Assembly: GCF_963921235.1 (NCBI RefSeq) | Contig: NC_086108.1 | Coordinates: 9,920,001-9,984,000, forward strand | Direction: 5' to 3' | Length of the DNA: 64,000 bases | Source: Mobula hypostoma | Taxonomy: Eukaryota | In this document: piece by piece, positions 50,156 to 62,834 of the stretch | Position numbering within the stretch: the first letter of the stretch is position 1 | Layout: every line of letters begins with the position of its first letter | Notes under the pieces: generated by a model | The model's database searches: none | What the model was told of the DNA's origin: nothing | The model's input: the letters and a program-made list of their open reading frames with translations, nothing else | Translations under genes and position numbers: made by a program

Positions 50156-52807
50156 ATAACTACACTTTCCCACAATAAATGGATTCAATTTTAAGGACAC
50201 TTCAGCTCATGTTGTTGATAATTATTGCTTATTTATTTATTATTATTATTATTATTACTTTCCTTCTGTATTTGCACACTTTGCTGCCTTCTGCACTCTG
50301 ATTGAGCATTCAGGTTGGGTGGTCTTTCATTGTTTCTGTTATGGTTACTATTCTATAGATTTATTGAGTATGCCTACAAGGAAATGAACCTCAGGGTTGT
50401 ATATGGTAACATATACGTACTTTGATAATAAATTTGCTTTGAAGTTTGAGCTTTGAGTCTGTGTATGTGCATATGTGCTTGTGTGTGTGGGAGAGAGAGA
50501 GAGAGAATGAGAGAGAGAGAGAGAAGGCAGGGAAAGAATAAGAGAGTATTCCTGAAACAGAACAGGAAGATGGAGATGTGACACAAAGTGTTCACAGCTC
50601 CCTCTCATTCTGTCCCCATCACTTCAGCATCTCTCTTCACCTCCTATTCCCTCCTGTCCTTGATTACGGAAGACCAGAGGGAATTCATTCTCTGCAGCTT
50701 GCTCCACACTCTCACCACCCTCTAAACGAAGATGTTTTCCCTCAGGTTTCCCCTTAAATATTTCACCTTTCACCCTAAGCATCTGACCAAGAATTCTATC
50801 TCATCCAACAGTGGGAAAAACCTTTCAAATTCAGCAGCTTTCAAGGAGATCCCCCACCTCAGCTCCTAATTCACATTCTTCACCACCTCCCAATCACGGT
50901 GTCTGTTCTGAGTCCCTCTGGCAATCTGCGTGTTGCTCCAGAAGCCAACATCTGCAGTCACCTATGCCTCCAGTGTCTGCCACTGATGGGGGCACCAATC
51001 TAGCGCACAATATTCCATTGTATCTCATGTAATTCTGCGATTTGGCCCCAAGGTCAACAATAGTTTAGAAAGAATAGAATGGAATAGGATTTTATTGTCA
51101 TCACCCAAGACAACGAGATTGTGGTGCTACCCCTGTCCATGTAAAACAGATGCTTACAACACACGTGATACGACTTAGGTAATTAAAAAGAAAATTCCCA
51201 TATTTACTCGTAACAAGTGACTTCGATAGACCATAATGCTCATAGCCATTGGCAAGCTGGAGTGTAGCATTATTCAGCTGCACAACAGCCCTGGGGAAGA
51301 AGCTGTTTTTCAGTCTAACTGCCTTTGCTAAGATGTTTCTGTATCTCCTACCAAATGGCGGGAGATTGAACAGATAGTGTCTGGGATGGGATGGGATGCA
51401 TCTTTAATAATGTTGCGAGCTGCCGTAGGCATTCAGAGTTGTAGATTGTCTCCAAGTCTGGTAGTTGAGTCTCAGTGATGTGCCGAGCCGTCCTAATCAC
51501 CCGTTGGAGAGCTTTGTGATCTGTCTTGCTGCAGCTAGAGTCCCACACCATCATTCCATATGTCAGTATGCTCTCTGTCACTCAACGGTCAAAGTTAGCC
51601 AGCAATATTTGGGGCAGATGAGCACCCCAGGTGCATCATAGAAATGCTGTGAACTTCATTTCATAGACACCAGAGATTCTGCAGATGCTGGAAATCCAGA
51701 GCAACACACACAAATTGCCGGAAGACTCAGCAGGCCAGGCAGCCTTCAAGGAAAGTCAACATTTTGGGCTGAGACCCTTCACTGGGACAATTTATTTCAG
51801 AGTTTCAGCAACTGCACTATTTTTGTTGTTCAGAGAAATGCAAGTCTTTTCTTGTCCATTGTAACAGTCATGTTTAGGCTTCAGTTTGACTCCACAAGTA
51901 ACACTGGCATCCACATCAATCGTATATAGTTTCTTTGAACTTTGAACTTTAATAGAGTTCTGTTGACTGATCCATTTTGCCTTTAAGCAAGAGGAGGCTT
52001 CCACCTGTGATCCACACAAAGCAACCCCTGCACCTAAAAGAGTTCCAAGAGCCCATTTATTGGAGGGACAGGAACCCATCTCAAGTCCCCTGAATTCCTT
52101 CTGTCTCTGGCACATAGTACCTGAACATATTGCCTTGCCTTCTGCAATAAGGATTGAAGTAGTGATTTCAGCTGAAAGGCAAAAGGTTATGTTCTCAGCC
52201 CTGATGAAGGGTCTCTGCCTGAAACATTGACTGTTTATTCCTCTCAGATGCTGCCTGAGCTGCTGAGCTCCTCCAACATTCTGTGTGTGTTACTGTGGAT
52301 TATCGCGTCTGCAGAATCACCCCTGCTTAGGGTCATATCCTGTATTCTCATGTTCTTCATACTTCATCCTTTACAACGTAAGACACTGCACACTCTCAGT
52401 TCTGATGCAGGTTCTTCACTGGCATGTTGACCATCCCTCTGCCTTCTGAGGTCTTGCTCGACCCATTCAGTGCCTCCTTTAGCTCCAGAATCCAGTATCT
52501 GCAGTGTTTTGTGTCTCCACATGGACCAAGTCCCCTTCACAGACAAATTCCTACTCCCTGGTCTAAAGATAAGGGAGATGGTTATTGACTTTAGGAGAAC
52601 TTGCACCATTGCACATCCTTCTTTACACCGGCGGCACAGCAGTGGATACTGAGTAGTTTCAAACTCCTGGGAGTGCATAATCTCGCACAACCTCTCATGC
52701 TCCCAGAACACCAACTCACCAGCTCCTCTGCTTTCTGAGGAGGCAGGAAAGAGCCGGACTATGCCCATCAATATGCATGTCGTTCTGAAGATGTGTACAG
52801 GGTGTAT

Positions 52808-52990
52808 GGGGTGTCAGGGAGGGGTAGCACCTCTGGTGGGGGAACATGTCGTGTCCTTTTCAAGGCGGTTAGTCCACCTTTGGTCCCCACCTGGCACTCA
52901 GCTCTCACCTGTGGCTCCCCGTAGCTGTTTGCATGCGACAGCGGCCACACCCCGGGCAATGGCTTCGACAAGCCGGCTAAACCAGGTGAG
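52808..52990 (+). ncRNA. Candidate HDV-like self-cleaving ribozyme
   Basis: P1 GGGGTGT/ACACCCC, P2 CTCACCTG/CAGGTGAG, P3 GGC/GCC, P1.1 CC/GG, P4 GGCTT/AAGCC and J4/2 GGCTAA, all in the correct order. Confidence 0.6.
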
Positions 52991-53358
52991 GGTAGCCGAC
53001 GGGTCTCAAACCCTCGGTGAGATAGGGTGATGTCTATCCCAGCATGTGAAGACAGACTCCGGCGGATTGATCGGACGAGACCAATGGAAGGTCCAACGGT
53101 CAGGAAGGTGGTCTCTGCAAGCGTCATGGAACGTGTAGAGCAGGACAAGACACAGAAGACATCCTGGTCATCCACTGCGCCTAGTCCCATCTCCAGCCGT
53201 CTAGACTCTGTCTTGCCACTGGATCCAGATGGGAATTGGGAAGAGAGAGTGAGGCTGACGCTGCGCAACTCTCCCTCACTTAAATCCAAATCACGCGCTA
53301 GTCTCGACACCATCATAATGGTGTTGAGGTCTTCTTCGACGAAGACGATGGACGAACA
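52808..53358 (+). mobile_element. Bipartite non-autonomous RTE derivative (family A)
   Basis: 3' end taatggtgttgaggtcttcttcgacgaagacgatggacgaac matches the RTE tail at 18190-18228; it interrupts an older LINE relic. Confidence 0.8.
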
Positions 53359-54440
53359 TGGAGTAGAGAACATCCTAACAAGCTGCTTCACTGTATGGTA
53401 TGGAAACTGCAGTACAGCGGACAATGGGGAGTCAAAACTGTCCAATGCGATCACCGGCACCAGCCTACCCCTCCATCCGGGACATATATATATAAAACAT
53501 ATTGTTTGCCCCACTCCCATCAGGGAGGAGGCTACATAGCGTCCACGCCAGGGCCACCTGACTGAAACACAGTTACTTTCCCCAAGCAGCAAGGCTGATC
53601 AACACCTCCACCTGCTAACTTCACCACTATCATTTCCTGTCAGTTACCTTAGTACTGCCTAGAGTCACTTTATGGACATACAATAAATCTATGTATATAC
53701 TCTCTCTTATGCATTTATATTTATTATGTTATTATTGTTGTGTTCTTTATCTTTTGTGCTGTATTGGATCTGGAGTAAAATTGTTTCACTCTCCTTTACC
53801 CTTGTGTACAGGAAATGACATAATACTTGCAGCTGTGGTTAATGTTTCATGTCCTCAGTGCTGTTTTGTGTGCTATCTGTTTGCTTTCTGCTGTTTACGT
53901 GATTTCTTTTTAAAATCACTTGTCTGATGATCTTGTTGTGTGGGACTTCTCTTCAGATGGATTCTATGGCGTTTCTTTGTTCTCACTGTCTGCAAGAAAA
54001 CAAATCTCAAGGTTGAATACTGTATAATGCACTTCGAACAACCTTGAACCCTTAAACTTCTATAGGTGGGCAATGGGCATGGTCTGGCTGCATCACAGCC
54101 TGATGGGGAAACACCAATATCCTTGAATGGAAAATCCTACACAAAGTAGTGGATTCAGGCCAGTCTATTACAGCTGAATCCCTCCCAACCACTAAGGACA
54201 TCAACGTGTCGTAGGAAAGCAGCATCCATCATCAGGGATCCCCACCACCCAGATCATACTGTCATCAAGAAGAAGATACAGGAACCTCAGGACTCCCACC
54301 ACAGGTTAAAGAACAGTACTACTCCACAACCATCAGGCTCTTGAACCAAAAGGGAAAATGTTCCCACAACCAATAGGCTCGCCTTCCAGGTCTCTTCATT
54401 TCATGTTCTTGTCATTTATTGCTATTTATTTATTTATGTT

Positions 54441-54996
54441 TCTATTTCCTGAGGAGACTGAGGTCCTTTAACATCTGCCGGACAATGCTGAGGATGTTCT
54501 ACGAGTCTGTGGTGGCCAGTGCTATCATGTTTGCTGTTGTGTGCTGGGGCAGCAGGCTGAGGGTAGCAGACACCAATAGAATCAACAAACTCATCTGTAA
54601 GGCCAGTGATGTTGTAGGGATGGAACTGGACTCTCTCACGGTGGTGTCTGAAAAGAGGATGCTGTCCAAGTTGCATGCCATCTTGGACAATGTCTCCCAT
54701 CCACTACATAATGTACCGGGTGGGCACAAGAGAACATTCAGCCAGAGACTCATTCCACTGAGGTGCAACACAGAGCGTCATAGGAAGTCATTCCTGCCTG
54801 TGGCCATCAAACTTTACAACTCCTCCCTTGGAGGGTCAGACACCCTGAGCCAATAGGCTGGTCCTGGACTTATTTCCTGGCATAATTTACATATTACTAT
54901 TTAACTATTTATGGTTTTATTACTATTTATTATTTATGGTGCAACTGTAACGAAAACCAATTTCCCCCGGGATCAATAAAGTATGACTATGACTAT
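54441..54996 (+). mobile_element. Young 5'-truncated Rex1/Babar-type LINE
   Basis: Open C-terminal frame YFLRRLRSFN...HPLH...RKSFLPVAIKLYN and a gggatcaataaagt(atgact)n tail. Confidence 0.85.
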
Positions 54997-55350
54997 TTGC
55001 ATTTGCACAGTTTGTTGCCTTCTGTACGCTGGTTGAGTGCCCTAGTTGGTCTGGTCTTTCATTGAGGTTGATGGGGAGAGAGAGGCAGTTGTGCATCCTG
55101 AGGCTTGTTTGTCAGGAAGTCCAACATCCAGTTGCTCTGAGTTGTCTTTAGACCAACGAGGACGAGCTTGTTCATCGAAGTCTGTGGGGCAGTGGTGCTG
55201 AATGCCAAGCTGAAATCCAGAAGCAGCATTCTGACATAGCTTTGCCCAGTTATAAGGAGCTTTGCCTCAAGAAAACGGCATCCATCACCAAGGACCCCCA
55301 CCTTCCGGTCATGTTCTCTTCCCCCTGCTGCTATCGGGCAAGAGGTACGG

Positions 55351-55820
55351 GAGCCTCAGGTCCCACACCACCAGGTTCAGGAACAGTTATTACCCCACAA
55401 CCATCAGGCTCCTGAACCAGTGTGGATAACTTCACTCCCCACAATGAGTCTCAGGTCCCATACCACCAGGTTCAGGAACAGTTATCACCCCACAACCATC
55501 AGGCTCCTGAACCAATGTGGATAACTTCACTCACCACAATGAGTCTCAGGTCCCACACCATCAGGTTCAGGAACAGTTATTACCCCACAACCATCAGGCT
55601 CCTGAACCAGTGTGGATAATTTCACTCACCACAATGAGCCTCAGGTCCCACACCACCAGGTTCAGGAACAGCTTATTATCCGACAACCATCAGGCTCCTG
55701 AACCAGTGTGGATAACTTCACTCACTACAATGAGCCTCAGGTCCCACACCACCAGGTTCAGGAACAGTTATTACCCCACAACCATCAGTATCCTGAACCA
55801 ACATGGATGACTTCACTCAC
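55351..55820 (+). repeat. 95-bp tandem array, 5 units, within a LINE 3' fragment (55250-56070)
   Basis: Unit is the reverse complement of the 8366-8744 unit. Confidence 0.95.
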
Positions 55821-56264
55821 TTCAACACTGAACTGATTCCATAACCTATGGACCCACTTTTAAGAACTCTACAACTCATATTCTCAGTATTATTGATTGG
55901 TTGAATTTTCACAGTTTATCTTCTTTTGCACATTGGTAGTTTGTCAGTCTTTGTGTGCCTTTTTTCATTGATTCTATAGTATTTTTGTTCTGCTGTGTAT
56001 GCCCACGAGAAAGAGAATTGCAGGGTAGTATATGGTGACGTTCCTGTACTTTGATAATAAATTTATTTCAGGATTTAAGATTGTTTATTGTCATTTCCAA
56101 TACACAAGAGTAAAGGAGAACAACATAATTGTTACTCTGGATCCAATGTAGCACAAAAAATCACAATAAAAAAACACAATAAATATAATTATTTATGTAT
56201 CTTATACACATGGATTGATCGAATGTCTATAAAGTGACACTAGGCACAGGCGTGTCTGTACATA

Positions 56265-56775
56265 CGAGGGGTGATTGATAAGTTCGTGGCTTAAGGTAGA
56301 AGGAGTCAATTTTAGAAAACCTAGCACATTAATTTTTCCTACATTTACACATTTAGTCCAGCAGTCGTGGAGCATACGGATACCTTCTTTGTAGAAGTCA
56401 GCGTCTTGGACCTCCAGTAAGTGGTCCACAGCAGGGGTGATTGATAAGTTTGTGGCCTAAGGTAGAAGGAGCTGAGTTTTACAGCTCTTGTTACATGCAC
56501 GTGCAGTTCAACTCTTTGAGTGAAAATGCAGAAAGTTTGAAGTTAATAACTCATCTCCTTCTACCTTAGGCCACGAACTTATCAATCACCCCTGCTGTGG
56601 TCCACTTTCTGGAGGTCCAAGATGCCGTCTTCTACAAAGAAGGGATCTGTATGCTCTATGACCGCTGGACTAAGTGTGTAAATGTAGGAGGGGATTATGC
56701 TGAAAAATAAAAGTGCTAGTTTTTCTAAAATTGACTCCTTCTACCCTAGGCCACGAACTTATCAATCACCCCTCG
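56265..56775. mobile_element. Mariner-derived palindromic MITE
   Basis: TA TSD, termini cgaggggtgattgataagttcgtggc, ~215-bp inverted arms, and transposase C-terminus DADFYKEGIRMLHD.WTKCVNVG. Confidence 0.9.
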
Positions 56776-57019
56776 TAAGATGACTCTGACAGGAAATGAT
56801 AAAGCAGTGATGGTTGGGGGTGTGGAGGGGTGGGTTAGTATGTGGAGGTGTTGATCAACCTTACTGCCAGGGGAAAGGGACTGTTTTTTAGTCTGGTGGT
56901 CCTGGTGTGGACACTACACAGCCTTCTCCCTACTGGGAGTGGTACAAACAGTCCACAGGCAGGGTGGGTGTGGTCCTTCATGTTACTGGCCCTTTTCCAG
57001 CACCTTTCTGTATATTTTA

Positions 57020-57625
57020 TGTATAAATGTCTTTATTAGTCAAGGCATTGAGTTCAAGAATCAAGAGGTTATGTTACAAAAGTACTGTTCTGATCACCCC
57101 ACTACAGGAAGGATGTTGAGGCTTTGGAGAGGATGCAGAAGAGGTTCACCAGGATGCTGCCTGGTTTAGAGGGCATGTGCTATCATGAGAGGCTGGGTAA
57201 ACTTGGGTTGTTTTCTCTGGAATGTCGGAGGCTGACGGGAGATCTGATAGAGGTTTACAAGATTATGAGAGGCAGAGATAGAGTGGACAAGGGAGTATCT
57301 GTTTCCCAGGGTAGAAATGTCTAATACCAGAGGGCTTGCATTGAAGGTGAGAGGGGAGTAGGTTAAAAGGGGATGTGAGGGGCAAGTTTTTTACTCAGAG
57401 AGTGGTGGATGTCTGGAATGTGCTGCCTGGTATGGTGATAGAGCCAAGTACATTAGGGGCTTTTAAGAGACATTTGGATAGCCACATGGATGTGAGGAGG
57501 ATGGAGGGATATAGACATTGCCTATGTAGGAGTGATTAGTGTTTGGGTGTTGTTTTGATTTGCTTTTCAGCAGGTTTGCCACAACGCTGTGGGCTGAATG
57601 GCCTTCTCCTGTGCTGTACTCCAGT
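57020..57625 (+). mobile_element. CR1 3' fragment; further fragments at 59095-59445 (-), 59545-59905 (-), 62908-63170 (+)
   Basis: ERMQKRFTRMLPGL...GDLIEVYKIMRG. Confidence 0.85.
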
Positions 57626-58209
57626 ACGTTCTCTGTCCTATATGTCCTTGATGGCTGGTGGGCTAGTACTGGTGATGTGTTGGCCACTTCTGAATACTTG
57701 CTGTTCCTGAACTGACACGAGAGAAGGAACAAGGGCAGGAAATGCATGAGATGTGAAGCATCTGCCTGGGAGGGAGAAATCTGCATTCTGTAATCCTTTG
57801 ACATATATCCCGAGGTTCTGAAAGCGATTTGATGGCACTGGGAGTGAAAGGGCAGCTGGATAATGGACTGTGAAATTGCAAGGTTATTTAATCATCAAAG
57901 TTAATGGTAAGTTTGAGAGAGCTGACATCGTGTCCATTGGCCCTCAATCTGATTTGTTACAGCTGGTTATTAAGAGGAGAAGAGAGAAGCAATCAGACAC
58001 ACAGCAGGCTGGTAAATCTTTTCTGTGAACTTGGTGCTGAGGAGTGTCAATACACAGTAGCAGAGAATGCACTAATCAGATTGAGAATCAGAATCAGGTT
58101 TAATATCTCTGGCATTTGTCCTGAAATATGTTGTTTTGCAGTGGCAATACAATGCTATACATAATAATTAAAAAACATAAATCACATAAGAAATATGTAT
58201 AAAAAAACA

Positions 58210-58560
58210 ACACACACACACAAAGTACCAGAGGAACTCAGCAGGTCAAGCAGCATCTATGGAAATGAATAAACGGCCGAGACCCCTATTTACGACGGGT
58301 CTCACCAGTGTGGAGGAGGTCACATCTGGAGCCTTGGACACAACCGGCAACCCCAGCAGATCCACAGGTGAGGTGCCGTCTCACCTGAAGGGACCGTTCG
58401 GGGGCCCTGAATGGGAGTGAGAGAGGAGGTGAATGGGCAGGTGTGGCACTCCAGTCACTGGCAGGGTTAAGCGCTGGGAGGGAGATGAGTGGGGATGGAT
58501 GAATGGACAAGGGAATCACAGAGGGAGTGATCCCTGTTTAAAGTGGAGGTGGAGGGAGAG
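58210..58560 (-). mobile_element. Penelope-like fragment (terminus plus GIY-YIG start); related piece ~58810-59010
   Basis: PERSLQVRRHLTC...LLHTGETRRK. Confidence 0.7.
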
Positions 58561-61459
58561 GTAAAGAAACATTTAAATTAAGTAGTAAATAGCAAAAAAT
58601 ATTGAGGTAGTGTTCATGGGTTCAGTGTCCATTCCGAAATCCGATGGCAGAGGGGAAGAAGCTGTTCCTGAATCGTCGAGTGTCTTCAGGCTTCAGTTCC
58701 TCCTCCCTGATGACAGCAATGTGAAGTGGGCATGTCCTGGGTGATGGAGGTCCATAATAATGGATGCCACCTTCTTTGGGACATCGCCTTTTGCCGGTAT
58801 CCTCGATCCTCAGACGGCTTGCAGGATTAATGTTGGGAGGAGAGGTTAGTGGGGAGCGATGAATGGACAAGGGAACCACAGAGGAAAGTGGAGAGAGGGG
58901 GAGGTGGCAGGATCCCTTTGGAGACGGTGGAAGTTGCGGAGGATGATGTGTTGGGTACGGAGGCACATGGGGTGCTAGGTAAGGGCAAGAGGAACTCCAT
59001 CGCTGTTATATTAAGGCTTTGCTATTTGAAGATGTCCTCGTTGCTGGGCAGGCTGTTGCCTATGAAGCAGCTGGCTGAGTTTACAACTTTCTGTTGTAAT
59101 ACAGCACAGGAACAGGACTTTTGGCCCACCTCATTCCTGCTGATCGAATCTTCTGTGTAGGTCCATCTAGCTGTGCTGGGACCATAGCCCTCCATACCCC
59201 TCCCATCCATATTCCTATCCAAACTTCTCTTAAATGTTAAAATCGAGCTGATATGCACTACTTGTGCTAGCAGCTCGTTCCACACTCTCACCACCCTCTG
59301 AGTGACGAAGATTCCCCTCATGTTCCCATTAAACTTTTCACCTTTCACCCCTAACCCATGAACTCTGGTTGTCGTCCCACCCAACCTCAGTGGAAAAAGC
59401 CTGCTTGCATTTACCCTATCTATACCCCTCATAATTTTGTACACTTCATTAAGATGTCTCTTCAGTGGTTTTGGAGGTACAACATGATAACAGGCCCTCC
59501 CAGGGATCATGCACCCAATGACCAATTAACTAAATAACCCATAAAATCATAGGATCATAAGACATAGGTGCAGAATTAGGCTATCTGGCCCATCGAGTCT
59601 GCTTCGCCACTTCATGATGGCTGATCCTGGATCCCACTCAATCCCAAACACCTGCCTTCTCACCGTATCCTTTGATGCCCTGACCAATCAGGAAACTATC
59701 AAACTTTCACTTTAAATATACCCACGGACTTGGCCTCTACTGCAGTCCGTGGCAGAGCATTCCACAGATTCACTACTCTCAGGCTGAAAAAAAAAATTCC
59801 TCCTTACCTCTGTTCTAAAAGGTCACCCCTCAGTTTTGAGGCTTTGCTCTCTAGTTCTGGATACCACCACCATAGGAAACATCCTCTCCACATCCAGCCT
59901 ATCTAGTCTCAGTCCTGCACTCGAGCCATCTCCCATCCTGGCACTCCTTCTCTGCCAGCTCTCCCGCACCCCTCCCGCGGTGCTCCACCCTCGTCATTCC
60001 CAACATCTCTGCTCCCGCCAGATTTACAAAGTCACCCTCGGCTCCTCATTGACGAATTCAGTACTGTGCAAAAGTCTCAGACACCCAAGCTGTATATGTA
60101 CATGCCTAGACTTTTGCAATTTAATCCCCTTCTGAACTACATGCTAATTTCTGAATCTATGCTAAGTGAACTATATGCTAATATTTGAAGCAATGAGGAA
60201 TTATTACTTCAGAACCATCACAGCAAGAAACAACAATGTTCATAAATCTCCTGAAAACAATATAGTACCTTCCATATTTCAAGGTTGGTTCTTGACTATT
60301 GTTTTATTGAAGGTTTTCTCCCTACCCCACTACAGTATAAAAAATAGCATAGGGTGCAGAATACCCATCAGATGACACTGCACAATGGGGTAAGCAGGCT
60401 ATTGTCTCTCACAAGTTAGCTCTGTCACCTTGTGTTTCAGAATGAGATTTAATATCACTGGCATGCTCTTTCCCGTCCGTGTGCAGCCTTCCTCCAGGTG
60501 CCCAGGTTTTCTCCCACAATCCAAAGGCATGCTGGTGAGAAGGTTAATTGGTCAGTGTAAATTGTCCCCTGATTAGGCTGGGGTTAAATTGGTGGGAGAA
60601 GCTGGAAGAGCTGGGAGATCCTGTTCCACACCATATCTCTCAATAATGTGAAAAAGCTGTAATGACTTCCATTTATAACGCACCAGTGTGGAAATGTAAT
60701 GAAAACACAGCAGGACAGCTGCACCCAGCAAACTCTCATTTGCAGCTATGAAATAAATATACCCTCTGCACGGTTGATGGATAAGTGTTAGACCAGAACC
60801 CCGGGGAAATTGGCACCATTGGCGCACTTTCCAGACCGGTGCATTATTCATTTTACTTTCTTTTGATTGAGATACAGTGTGGAATAGGCCCTTCCAGACC
60901 TCTGAGCTGCACAGCAGCCCACCAATTTAACCTCAGCTTAATCATGGGATAATTTATAATGACCAAAAGCTCAATGGTTCAACAGTTTCATTTCATACCA
61001 GAGAATGTATACAATATGCCACCTGAAATTTTCACTCTCCGCAGACATCCTCGAAAACAGAAGAAAACCCCCCAAAGAATGAATGGCAGGAAAGAGACAT
61101 GAACCCTAAAACCCCTTTCTCCTCCCATGCACAAGCAGATTCAACATTCCCCCCTCTCCCTCCCCCTCCCCCCACTTATTCCAGCATAATGCATCAGCAT
61201 TCCCACCTGCACACTATGCGAGCAACAGCAAAGCCCCCGAAGAGAGACCATGGTCTACAGTCCATCAAAAACTAACTGTTCATACCAACATTTCAACGTC
61301 CCACAGGCTCTCCCTCTCACCAACAAGGGAGAGAACAGGTATCGCTCCTTCCACAGCAAAAGGGGAGACAACGGTCGCTATTTCACTGTTACAGTCAGTC
61401 TGAAGCGTTGCTTTTTTATTTTGAGATCTCTGACTTGAGAATTAGCAAATCAATGACCA

Positions 61460-62607
61460 AGTGCAGAGCCCTCTGCAAGCCCCTCTCGCTGAACTCGACG
61501 TTCCGAGTGCAGAGCCCTCTGCAAGCCCCTCTCGCTGAACTCGACGTTCCGAGTGTAGGGCCCTCTGCAAGCCCCTCTCCCTGAACTCGACGTTCCGAGT
61601 ACAGGGCCCTCTGCAAGCCCCTCTCGCTGAACTCGACGTTCCGAGTGTAGGGCCCTCTGCAAGCCCCTCTCGCTGAACTCGACGTCCCGAGTACAGGGCC
61701 CTCTGCAATCCACTCTCGCTGAACTCGACGTTCCGAGTACAGGGCCCTCTGCAAGCCCCTCTCGCTGAACTCGACGTTCCGAGTGCAGGGCCCTCTGCAA
61801 TCCACTCTCGCTGAACTCGACGTTCCGAGTGTAGGGCCCTCTGCAAGCCCCTCTCGCTGAACTCGACGTCCCGAGTACAGGGCCCTCTGCAAGCCCCTCT
61901 CGCTGAACTCGACGTCCCGAGTACAGGGCCCTCTGCAATCCACTCTCGCTGAACTCGACGTTCCGAGTGCAGGGCCCTCTGCAATCCACTCTCGCTGAAC
62001 TCGACGTTCCGAGTGCAGGGCCCTCTGCAAGCCCCTCTCGCTGAACTCGACGTTCCGAGTACAGGGCCCTCTGCAATCCACTCTCGCTGAACTCGACGTT
62101 CCGAGTACAGGGCCCTCTGCAAGCCCCTCTCGCTGAACTCGACGTTCCGAGTACAGGGCCCTCTGCAATCCACTCTCGCTGAACTCGACGTTCCGAGTGC
62201 AGGGCCCTCTGCAAGCCCCTCTCGCTGAACTCGACGTTCCGAGTACAGGGCCCTCTGCAATCCACTCTCGCTGAACTCGACGTTCCGAGTGCAGGGCCCT
62301 CTGCAAGCCCCTCTCGCTGAACTCGACGTTCCGAGTGCAGGGCCCTCTGCAAGCCCCTCTCGCTGAACTCGACGTTCCGAGGGCAGGGCCCTCTGCAAGC
62401 CCCTCTCGCTGAACTCGACGTTCCGAGTGCAGGGCCCTCTGCAATCCACTCTCGCTGAACTCGACGTTCCGAGTGCAGGGCCCTCTGCAAGCCCCTCTCG
62501 CTGAACTCGATGTTCCGAGTGCAGGGCCCTCTGCAATCCACTCTCGCTGAACTCGACGTTCCGAGTGCAGGGCCCTATGCAAGCCCCTCTCCCTGAACTC
62601 GACGTTC
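61460..62607. repeat. 46-bp CpG-rich minisatellite, ~25 units
   Basis: Unit gagtgcagggccctctgcaagcccctctcgctgaactcgacgttcc; period 46 (ttcc at 61501 and 61547). Confidence 0.97.
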
Positions 62608-62834
62608 TGGATCCCACTACGCTTCAGTATGTGACAGTGGTGAGAATGAACCTACTAACCGGTATGAACCCGGAGCACCCGGAGGAAACCCACGTGCTCA
62701 CAGACAGGAAGGAACGTATAAGCTTGCTTAGAGAGAGCACTGGAATTGAACTCTGAAAGATGTCAGCCTTGACATGGCATCACTCCCTCTGTAACACACT
62801 GCAATGTAGGCTTGGATCTGTCTAAAGCGACCGA

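Noticed and set aside
52768..53592. 274-aa (-) and 170-aa (+) ORFs
   Set aside because: They cross repeat boundaries and have no recognisable domain; chance openness in GC-rich repeat sequence.
61416..62617. Three 360-390 aa minus-strand ORFs; CRISPR-like regularity
   Set aside because: They arise from a stop-free 46-bp unit cycling through frames. There are no unique spacers and no cas genes, and the context is eukaryotic.
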